Origin: Candidatus Saccharimonadia bacterium
GTDB taxonomy: Bacteria; Patescibacteriota; Saccharimonadia; Saccharimonadales; UBA4665
Assembly (NCBI GenBank): GCA_023268595.1
Contig: JALQUD010000003.1
Coordinates: 1-42,683 of the forward strand
Reading direction: 5' to 3'
DNA: 42,683 nucleotides
Part shown: piece after piece, positions 35,297-42,683 of the stretch
Position numbering within the stretch: the first letter of the stretch is position 1
Layout of the letters: each line of letters starts with the position of its first letter
Notes under the pieces: model-generated
Seen by the model: the letters and a program-made list of their open reading frames with translations, nothing else
The model's database searches: none
Told to the model about the DNA's origin: nothing
Program-made: the position numbers and the translations under genes

Positions 35297-36664
35297 ATGG
35301 CCGTCCACACCGCGCCGCTACGCGATGACGTCCGCACACCGGTCCAGACCTACCGCGACCTGGTCAGCCTGCCGGTCAACCGCAACCGGCCGCTCATCAT
35401 GCATATCGACCTCAATTCCTGCTTTGCCACCATCGAGCAGCAGGCTAACCCGCTATTGCGAAACAAACCGATGGGCGTCGGCGCCTACACGCGCGACACC
35501 GGCATAATCCTGGCCGCCAGCTATGACGCCAAACGCCTGGGCATCAAGCTCGGCACCAGCGTGCGGGAGGCCAAACAGATCTACCCAGGCTTCGTGACGC
35601 TGATGCCCGACCCGCCCAAATACCGAGAAGCCCACAAGCGGTTCAGGGAAGTGTTACTGCGCTACACCGACGACGTGGTCGCCAAGTCGATCGATGAGTT
35701 CGTACTCGACTTCCATGGCTCGCTGGCCGTCAAGGCGGGCCGCGACCTGGAAGACATCGGCCACGAGATCAAACAGGCCATCAAGGAGTCGCTGGGCGAA
35801 TACGTCACGGTCAATGTCGGCATCGGCACCAACCGCTTCCTGGCCAAGCTGGCAGCCGGCCTGCACAAGCCTGACGGACTGGACGTCATTACCCACGAGA
35901 ACCTGGAGGCCGTCTACCGCTCGGAAGACCTGCTGGCCCTACCGGGCATCAACCGGCGCTTCAAGGCCCGGTTGCAGGCGGCCGGCATCGGCACGCCGTT
36001 CGACATGTACCAGGCCAGTGGCCGCTACCTCAAAGATTTCGTGTTCTTTAGCAAGCTGGGGCACCAGTGGCACCAACGGCTGCGCGGCTGGGAAGTCGAT
36101 AAGGTGGAGTTCGACCGCAAGTCCATCGGCCACCAGTACGCCCTGGAAAAGCGGACGGCCGACCGTGACGAGATCAAACGGCTGCTGATGAAACTATGCG
36201 AAAAGACCGGCCGGCGGTTGCGGCGGCACGGTTCGGCGGCTTATGGCATCGACCTGTCATTGCGCTACGCCCAAAGCCAGGACCCCGATAACCAGTTCGC
36301 CCGGCCGGCCGGTTTTGGCGGCCACTACAAGTACGACTACTGGCACCAAAGCCATAAGACCGCCCATCCGCTGTATGCCACGCTGGATATCTACCGGGCG
36401 GCCGAACAGCTGCTCGACGGTACGCGCTTCATGGACAAGGTATCGCAACTCAGCGTCACCGTCTTTAACCTGCGGCCCTGCGATCCGGAACAGACCGGCT
36501 TGTTCGATGAAGAACTGCAACGCACCCGGCGGCTCGCCAGCGCCGCCGATATCGTCAACGACCGGTATGGCGAGTTCAGCGTCGTGCCGGCGGTCATGTC
36601 CAATATGAGCAAGACCATCCTGGACCGCGTGGCCTTTGGCAACGTCGACGAGATCGGCGGCTGA
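35297..36664 (+). CDS. dinB: Y-family DNA polymerase (DinB/UmuC-like translesion polymerase)
   Basis: IMHIDLNSCFATIEQ (N-terminal catalytic Asp), SIDEFVLDF (Asp-Glu pair), VNVGIGTNRFLAKLAA, LPGINRRF. C-terminal QTGLFDE (clamp-binding-like) and DIVNDRYGEFSV tail. Start taken at MAVHTAPL.., immediately after the small ORF. Confidence 0.9.
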   Translation: MAVHTAPLRDDVRTPVQTYRDLVSLPVNRNRPLIMHIDLNSCFATIEQQANPLLRNKPMGVGAYTRDTGIILAASYDAKRLGIKLGTSVREAKQIYPGFVTLMPDPPKYREAHKRFREVLLRYTDDVVAKSIDEFVLDFHGSLAVKAGRDLEDIGHEIKQAIKESLGEYVTVNVGIGTNRFLAKLAAGLHKPDGLDVITHENLEAVYRSEDLLALPGINRRFKARLQAAGIGTPFDMYQASGRYLKDFVFFSKLGHQWHQRLRGWEVDKVEFDRKSIGHQYALEKRTADRDEIKRLLMKLCEKTGRRLRRHGSAAYGIDLSLRYAQSQDPDNQFARPAGFGGHYKYDYWHQSHKTAHPLYATLDIYRAAEQLLDGTRFMDKVSQLSVTVFNLRPCDPEQTGLFDEELQRTRRLASAADIVNDRYGEFSVVPAVMSNMSKTILDRVAFGNVDEIGG

Positions 36665-36678
36665 TATATACTGACGTA

Positions 36679-37467
36679 ATGATTCGTAAAACCCTACTAT
36701 TGCTAGCAGCTTTGGTCGTCTTCACGGCACTATGCGCCGGCACCGGCCTGGCACTGCTGGCGGCCAGTATCCCGTCGTTGCGCGACGGCTGGCAGGAGCG
36801 GGCCGGCCAACCCGGAGAGTTAGTGTACGTGGCGCTGGGCGATTCGGCCGCACAGGGATTGGGTGCCAGCAGCACCGGCACCAGCTATGTCGGACTGATA
36901 GCCTCGCAGCTGGCCGAGACCACCGGCAAGAAGGTGCGTACCATCAACCTCAGCAAGAATGGCGCTACCGTCAGCGATGTGCTAGCGCAGCAGGTACCAC
37001 AGCTGGAAAAACTGAGCGGCAACCGGAACCCCGACTTAGTGACCCTGGACATCGGTGGTAATGATGTCGTCCACCGCACCCAAGGCAGTGACCGGTTCAG
37101 AAATGACTACGAAGCCGTCTTGCAAGCCTTGCCACCTGGGAAGGCGGTCGTGGCTGACGTGCCATATTTCGGCGGCAGGATCAGAGCTGACGACCGGGTA
37201 CGTCAGGCTAATGACGTCATCGACCGTCTGGCACCGCGATATGATATTCCGGTGGCCAGGTTATACGACACGCTCAAACCACGCCAATCGCCTTGGATCT
37301 ACGCCACTGACCTATTCCACCCGAACGACCGTGGCTACCGGCTGTGGCACCAGGCATTCGCGCCGCATGTCACCACCATCGCACAGGGGACCAGGCCCGG
37401 CGGCCAACCGGTGGACACGGATGACAACCCATCGGCACGGCAGCTATTGCCATCTGTCACATACTGA
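36679..37467 (+). CDS. SGNH/GDSL family hydrolase, membrane-anchored or secreted
   Basis: N-terminal hydrophobic segment. Block I VALGDSAAQG, block III DIGGNDV, block V DLFHPNDRGY. TATACT (36667-36672) lies 6 nt upstream of the ATG. Confidence 0.88.
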   Translation: MIRKTLLLLAALVVFTALCAGTGLALLAASIPSLRDGWQERAGQPGELVYVALGDSAAQGLGASSTGTSYVGLIASQLAETTGKKVRTINLSKNGATVSDVLAQQVPQLEKLSGNRNPDLVTLDIGGNDVVHRTQGSDRFRNDYEAVLQALPPGKAVVADVPYFGGRIRADDRVRQANDVIDRLAPRYDIPVARLYDTLKPRQSPWIYATDLFHPNDRGYRLWHQAFAPHVTTIAQGTRPGGQPVDTDDNPSARQLLPSVTY

Positions 37468-37694
37468 ACCCATGATCCAAGCATGTCCAAACTCGTTTGA
37501 CAGAAGCGTTGTATTATTTTCTTGGACTTTGCTGAATTACAGAGTAAGGCGAAAATCGTGCGGCTTGGTAATGCGCATACGGTTTGTTATCGTAGATGAA
37601 GACATGCTTCCGCACGGTTACCGCTAGCCGGCCCGCGACACTACGAATTTCCTGACGGCTCTTCGGACATGTTACGGAAGCCCATACACGACAT

Positions 37695-39455
37695 ATGACA
37701 CAACGCCCAAACAGCAACATCGACGGATTCATATCCAAGAACAATGGCCGGCAGGTCGGTTTCAACGGCTACGGCGGTGCGGTGCGCGGCCGTACCATCA
37801 GTCCACAGACGCGCGTACGGCGGCCAGGCCTGCACGGTTCGGCCACTCCGGCCGCTGCCCCGGTCAACCGCGGCAGCCAATCGTACAGCAGCACCGGGCG
37901 CAGTGGTGTTTCAGCTAACAACAACCCGCTGAACCAGAACGCGCCGCGCCGCGGCATGGCCGGCGATTTCGGAGCAGGCAACAACGCCTTCCCGGACGAT
38001 AGCGGTTCACAACCCCGCCGGCCGTCCACCGGACGCCGTCGTCGTGGCCAGAAACCCGGCAAGGGCCAGCAGCCGCTGTCACGGCGTGCCAAAATCCGCA
38101 AGGTCATGAAGCGCGCCAGCTTCGTAGCCTTAGCGCTATTATTAGTTGGTTCAGGTTGGCTTGGCTGGAAGATATTTCAGAACAGCCAGCGCGTCTTTGG
38201 CGACGGCAACATCCTGGGCTTCCTGAACGCCAGCAAACTGAAAGGCGAAGACCAGGGCCGGACCAATATCCTGCTGGCCGGCGTTTCCACCGACGACGCC
38301 GGACACGACGGCGCCAACCTGACCGACTCCATCATGCTCATCAGCATCGGCACCAAGGACAACAAGGCCTTCATGCTCAGTATCCCGCGCGACCTATGGG
38401 TCGACATACCATCGTATGGCCACAGCAAGATAAATGCCGCCAATGCCTACGGCGACAATGATGGCTATACCCAACCAGGCTATCCGGATGGCGGCATGGG
38501 CCTATTGGAGCAGACCGTGGCAGAGAACTTGGAAATCCCGGTCCATTATTACGCCAAGATCAACTATTCAGCCCTGCGCGACGCCGTCAACGCCGTCGGC
38601 GGGGTGAGCGTCAATATCCAGAGCTCTGACAAGCGCGGCTTGTATGACCCCAACATCAGCAAAGCCGACCAGGGTCCGCTCAAGCTGCCAAACGGCGTAC
38701 AGACACTGGATGGACAGACCGCGCTGAACCTGGCCCGCGCCCGTGGTGACCCCACCAGGGACGGCCGCATAGCTTACGGATACGAGAAGAGTGACTTCAC
38801 CCGCACCCAGAACCAGCGCATGCTTTTGTTGGCGCTCAAGGAAAAGATCGCCAGCAGCAGTACCTTGGCCAACCCGGTCAAACTGAGCGAACTGTTGGAT
38901 ACCATCGGCAAGAATACTAAGACCGATCTGCAGCCGGGTGAGATCCGCCGCCTGTACGACCTCGGCAAGCTGATTAACAGCAACAACATCCAATCCCTGA
39001 GCCTGAACGACGCCAATGGCAAGAACCTGCTGGCCAGCTACACCAGCAGCGATGGCGCTTCGGCGCTGATTCCGGCTGCCGGCCTGGACGACTTCAGCGA
39101 CATACAGCTATACATCAAGAAGGCCATGTCCAACGACAGTTCGGTACAGGAATCGGCCAGCATCGTGGTACTGAACGGTGGCGACATCACCGGACTGGCG
39201 GGCAAATACAGTAATGTCCTGACATCCAAAGGTTTTGACGTCCAGGCGGTCGGAGACTCCGAACCGCAACCAGGCGCCACCAAGATCATCGACACGTCAC
39301 AGGGCAAGAAACCGGCTACCAAGTCCAAGCTGCAATCAATCTTCAAGAACAGCACGGTCTCCACCACCAACGACACCGGTTACGACGCCGATTTCATCAT
39401 CGTGCTCGGCTCGGACCAGAAAGCACCGGCCTCTACCGGCGGTAACGGCAACTAA
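37695..39455 (+). CDS. LCP (LytR-CpsA-Psr) family cell-wall glycopolymer ligase with LytR_C domain
   Basis: Arg/Gly/Ser-rich cytoplasmic N-terminus and a TM helix (FVALALLLVGSGWLGW). LCP core NILLAGVSTDD..NLTDSIMLISI..MLSIPRDLWVDIP..KINAA. C-terminal IVVLNGGDITGLAGKY..KGFDV. Confidence 0.9.
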   Translation: MTQRPNSNIDGFISKNNGRQVGFNGYGGAVRGRTISPQTRVRRPGLHGSATPAAAPVNRGSQSYSSTGRSGVSANNNPLNQNAPRRGMAGDFGAGNNAFPDDSGSQPRRPSTGRRRRGQKPGKGQQPLSRRAKIRKVMKRASFVALALLLVGSGWLGWKIFQNSQRVFGDGNILGFLNASKLKGEDQGRTNILLAGVSTDDAGHDGANLTDSIMLISIGTKDNKAFMLSIPRDLWVDIPSYGHSKINAANAYGDNDGYTQPGYPDGGMGLLEQTVAENLEIPVHYYAKINYSALRDAVNAVGGVSVNIQSSDKRGLYDPNISKADQGPLKLPNGVQTLDGQTALNLARARGDPTRDGRIAYGYEKSDFTRTQNQRMLLLALKEKIASSSTLANPVKLSELLDTIGKNTKTDLQPGEIRRLYDLGKLINSNNIQSLSLNDANGKNLLASYTSSDGASALIPAAGLDDFSDIQLYIKKAMSNDSSVQESASIVVLNGGDITGLAGKYSNVLTSKGFDVQAVGDSEPQPGATKIIDTSQGKKPATKSKLQSIFKNSTVSTTNDTGYDADFIIVLGSDQKAPASTGGNGN

Positions 39456-39521
39456 ACCGTCCACCGCAGCACCACGCGGTGCTACAATATCCTGATAAGG
39501 ACAAGTGAGGGGAGACAGCAC

Positions 39522-40214
39522 ATGCAGACGATCCGAATCAACCCGGACGACGACGCGCGGATATACGAAACCGTCGGCCAACGTATCAACCGCGAACTGA
39601 CCGATGGCAAACGGGTCACCTGGCTGGTGTGTGGCGGATCCAACATCCCGTTGATCGTCAAAGCCATGGACCTGGTCGACCCGTCGTTGACGAATGACCT
39701 GACCATCATGCTGACCGATGAACGCTTTGGCGTACCAGGCCACGCCGACTCCAATTGGACCCAGCTGGACGACGCCGGTTTCCAGCCGCACCAGGCCAGC
39801 GTCATCCGCACGCTGCAGCCGGAACTCACCATGGAAGACACCTGCAACGTGTACGCACAAGAGCTACTACGCGCCACCGGGGAGGCCGACATCGTCATCG
39901 CCCACTTTGGCATCGGTGGCGACGGTCACATCGCCGGCATCCTGCCCGGTACCGAAGCCAGCCGCATGGATGGCGACGGCGACCCGTTGGTGACAGGATA
40001 CGACGGCGGCGCCTTCATGCGCGTGACCATGACACCGAAGGCCTGGCAACTGCTTGACGTGGCGTACGCCTGCGCGTTCGGCGACACCAAGCACCAGGCT
40101 ATTGAGCGGCTGGTGTCCCAGGACATAGCGATAGAGGACCAGCCGTCGCAGCTGCTCAAGCGGCTGGATGAAGCTTATCTTTTCACCGACGCACCGGTAC
40201 ATGCCGATATTTGA
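39522..40214 (+). CDS. pgl: 6-phosphogluconolactonase
   Basis: GAGGGGAG Shine-Dalgarno. LVCGGSNIP, MLTDERFGVPGHADSNW and HFGIGGDGHIAGILPG motifs. It precedes gnd and zwf. Confidence 0.85.
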   Translation: MQTIRINPDDDARIYETVGQRINRELTDGKRVTWLVCGGSNIPLIVKAMDLVDPSLTNDLTIMLTDERFGVPGHADSNWTQLDDAGFQPHQASVIRTLQPELTMEDTCNVYAQELLRATGEADIVIAHFGIGGDGHIAGILPGTEASRMDGDGDPLVTGYDGGAFMRVTMTPKAWQLLDVAYACAFGDTKHQAIERLVSQDIAIEDQPSQLLKRLDEAYLFTDAPVHADI

Positions 40215-40264
40215 CGCGACCACGCCATCACAGAACCAATACGCAATCACAGGAGGGAACTACC

Positions 40265-41188
40265 ATGAAAATCGCAATCCAAGGACTCGGACGTATGGGC
40301 ATGCAGATCGCCCAGAAACTGGCCGACCCGGCATCCGGACACCAGGTCATCGCCCACAACCGCAGCACCGACAAGATTGACCACGCCGTCGGCTTCGGTG
40401 CCGTCGGTGCACCAACCAAGCAGGACGTACTCGACGCCTTCGGCGACGATCAGGTGGTCATCTGGATCATGCTGCCGGCAGACGTCACCGAGCTGGAAAT
40501 CAAAGAATGGCTGGACATCGTACCACCGAACAGCGTGCTGATAGACGGCGGCAACTCGGACTTCCGTAAGACACGCGAACACGCCGAGCTGATCGCCGCC
40601 CACCCCAACAACGTCAATTTCCTGGACATCGGTACCAGCGGTGGCGTATGGGGCTTTGAACGCGGCTTCTGTATGATGGCTGGTGGCAACAAAGAGGGTT
40701 ACGATGCCATGGTGCCGGTCCTGGACACGCTGGCAGCACCGAGTGGCGCCCACGCGCTTTTTGGCAGCCATGGTAACGGCCACTACGTCAAGATGGTCCA
40801 TAACGCCATCGAATATGGCATGATGCAGAGCCTGGCCGAAGGTTACCGCATGCTACGGGAAGGCGCCTACCCGGAAACCGACCTGGCGCTGGCCGGGGAA
40901 GTCTGGCAGCACAGCAGCGTCATCACCAGCTGGCTTAATGAGCTGACGCGCGACGCCATGCGTGAGAACCCGACGCTCGAGGGCATCGACGGTTTCGTAG
41001 CCGAGAACGGCGAAGCCCGCTGGACGCTGGAAGTCGCCAAGGAAAAAGGCATACCGATGCCGGCCATCCAGGCCGCCATGGACGTCCGCATAGCCAGCCA
41101 GCAAGCCGATGGCAGCGGCCGCAACTTTGCCACAAAAGTACTGGCAGCCCAGCGCAACAAGTTTGGCGGCCACGAGCTTAATAAGTAG
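40265..41188 (+). CDS. gnd: 6-phosphogluconate dehydrogenase (decarboxylating), short ~300-aa form
   Basis: AGGAGGG Shine-Dalgarno before MKIAIQGLGRMGMQIAQKL. IDGGNS, GTSGGVWG, HYVKMVHNAIEYGMMQ. The track ORF's 18 extra N-terminal codons are unlikely to be translated. Confidence 0.88.
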   Translation: MKIAIQGLGRMGMQIAQKLADPASGHQVIAHNRSTDKIDHAVGFGAVGAPTKQDVLDAFGDDQVVIWIMLPADVTELEIKEWLDIVPPNSVLIDGGNSDFRKTREHAELIAAHPNNVNFLDIGTSGGVWGFERGFCMMAGGNKEGYDAMVPVLDTLAAPSGAHALFGSHGNGHYVKMVHNAIEYGMMQSLAEGYRMLREGAYPETDLALAGEVWQHSSVITSWLNELTRDAMRENPTLEGIDGFVAENGEARWTLEVAKEKGIPMPAIQAAMDVRIASQQADGSGRNFATKVLAAQRNKFGGHELNK

Positions 41189-41244
41189 GCATGGCCCCCA
41201 GAACGCTATACCCTTAGAAACGCTATACAAGGTATACTGATTGT

Positions 41245-42681
41245 ATGATTGACGAAGATTACGAATACGCCGCCACCGACCTGTCCGCACCCGAACCGAC
41301 CATCATCGTGATCTTCGGCATAACCGGCGACCTGGCCAAGCGATACTTACTGCCCTCGTTGTACACCCTGTTCAAGGAAGGGCTGATCCATCCGCAAACC
41401 GAGCTGGTCGGTGTCAGCCGCCGGCCGATCGACACCGAAATCGTCTTTGATGAGCTACGGGCCAGCGTGGAGCGGGCTGGTAAGGAGCTTGATTCGGCGG
41501 TCATCGACCAGATGCGTGAGCGGGCTCATGGCTTCCAGTTGGATATGGACGACCCAGGTGGTTACGATGCGCTGCATAAGGAGCTCAACCGCATCGAAGA
41601 GGCCCAGGGCGTCTGCATGAACCGGTTGTACTACCTGTCGATTCCGCCATCGGCTTACACGAACGTCATCGGCCACATGGGCAATTCACCGCTTAACGGC
41701 GGCTGCCAACACGGCAAAGGCCAGTCACGGCTACTGATTGAGAAGCCTTTCGGTGACGACCTGGCCTCAGCCCGCAAGCTGATCGAGATCACCGCCCAGG
41801 GCTTTGGCGAACACCAGCTGTTCCGCATCGACCATTACCTCGCCAAGGAAACCGCCCAGAATATCAGTACCTTCCGGTTTGAGAACCCGCTGTTCGAGAC
41901 GATCTGGAACAACCGCCATGTGGCCAGCATCGACATCGTGGCCAGCGAAAAGATCGGTGTGGAAGGGCGAGGCAACTTCTACGAGCAACAGGGCGCCTTG
42001 CGTGACTTCATCCAGAACCACCTGCTACAGCTACTGGCCGTGGCTACGATGGACCAGCCGGAACGTTTTGACAGTGACGCCGTGCATGCGGCCAAATTGC
42101 AACTGCTACGTTCCATCAGGCCGATCAGTGCCGACAAGGTCAGCCAACAGACAAGGCGTGGCCAGTACGAAGGCTACAAGCAGGAAGTCGGCAATCCGGA
42201 CTCGCACGTCGAGACCTACGCCCAGATTGAGACATACATCGACACACCGCGCTGGCAGAACGTACCGGTACGCATCCGTACCGGTAAAGCCATGGCCAGC
42301 AAGTTCACCACCGTGACTTTCACGTTCACCGACCGCGACGCCGAAGAACCCGACCTGCCCAACAGCAACCAGCTGCAATTCCGCATCCAACCAAACGAAG
42401 GTATCGCACTCAACCTGCTTGCCAAGAAGCCGGGCTTTGACCACGAGCTACAGCCGGTAGTCATGAACTTTGGCTATGAAGGCAACTTCGGCAGCCAGCC
42501 CGACGCCTATGAGCGTGTGCTACTGGATGCCATCCGCGGCGACCAGACGCTGTTTGCCAGCAGTGACGAGGTGCTGGCGGCCTGGCAGATCGTCGATGAC
42601 GTGGTGCATGCCTGGCAGCAGGACGGCGACGGCCTTATCAGTTACGAATACGAAACCGACATCGATAGCTTGGGAGTCTGA
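41245..42681 (+). CDS. zwf: glucose-6-phosphate dehydrogenase
   Basis: IFGITGDLAKRYLLPSLY NADP motif, EKPFG, active-site RIDHYLAKE. TATACT (41233-41238) lies 6 nt upstream of the ATG. The TGA stop is at 42679-42681. Confidence 0.93.
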   Translation: MIDEDYEYAATDLSAPEPTIIVIFGITGDLAKRYLLPSLYTLFKEGLIHPQTELVGVSRRPIDTEIVFDELRASVERAGKELDSAVIDQMRERAHGFQLDMDDPGGYDALHKELNRIEEAQGVCMNRLYYLSIPPSAYTNVIGHMGNSPLNGGCQHGKGQSRLLIEKPFGDDLASARKLIEITAQGFGEHQLFRIDHYLAKETAQNISTFRFENPLFETIWNNRHVASIDIVASEKIGVEGRGNFYEQQGALRDFIQNHLLQLLAVATMDQPERFDSDAVHAAKLQLLRSIRPISADKVSQQTRRGQYEGYKQEVGNPDSHVETYAQIETYIDTPRWQNVPVRIRTGKAMASKFTTVTFTFTDRDAEEPDLPNSNQLQFRIQPNEGIALNLLAKKPGFDHELQPVVMNFGYEGNFGSQPDAYERVLLDAIRGDQTLFASSDEVLAAWQIVDDVVHAWQQDGDGLISYEYETDIDSLGV

Positions 42682-42683
42682 GC

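Overview
This is a densely packed 42.7-kb chromosomal window with GC-rich coding sequence and short AT-rich spacers. I call 41 protein-coding genes, one of them partial at the left edge. I found no rRNA, tRNA, CRISPR array, transposase, integrase or phage genes. The source looks like a bacterium with a single membrane and a thick wall, because the window carries a sortase with an LPXTG-like substrate and an LCP wall-glycopolymer ligase. I cannot assign a lineage without a database search.

Gene content, left to right:
- A surface BNR/Asp-box propeller gene overlapped by a class-F-like sortase gene.
- A stress/detoxification stretch: three VOC/glyoxalase-fold genes, two SDRs, an alpha/beta hydrolase, a HIT-like gene and a DUF1697 gene.
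- A four-gene signalling operon: a membrane protein, a PAS histidine kinase, a stand-alone receiver and a receiver-kinase hybrid.
- A LysR regulator divergent from myo-inositol-1-phosphate synthase.
- A MacB-type ABC pair.
- A Trp-rich secreted repeat protein.
- An ABC-F ATPase.
- A second PAS kinase.
- A RumA-like m5U methyltransferase.
- A YdjM-like hydrolase.
- A Nudix hydrolase.
- A fused polysaccharide deacetylase and processive GT2 synthase.
- A Y-family DNA polymerase.
- An SGNH hydrolase.
- An LCP protein.
- A pgl-gnd-zwf oxidative pentose-phosphate operon.

The most unusual observation is a pair of paralogous 88-codon genes of unrecognised family. Each sits directly 5' of a gene whose homologues are SOS/DNA-damage genes in model bacteria: one before the YdjM-like hydrolase, the other translationally coupled to the Y-family polymerase. 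Their leaders share sequence words at matching spacing. A second window-wide pattern is that many start codons lie 6-11 nt downstream of a TATAAT-like hexamer with no Shine-Dalgarno, which suggests leaderless mRNAs.

All product calls rest on motifs I could read in the translated ORFs. No alignments or searches were run.
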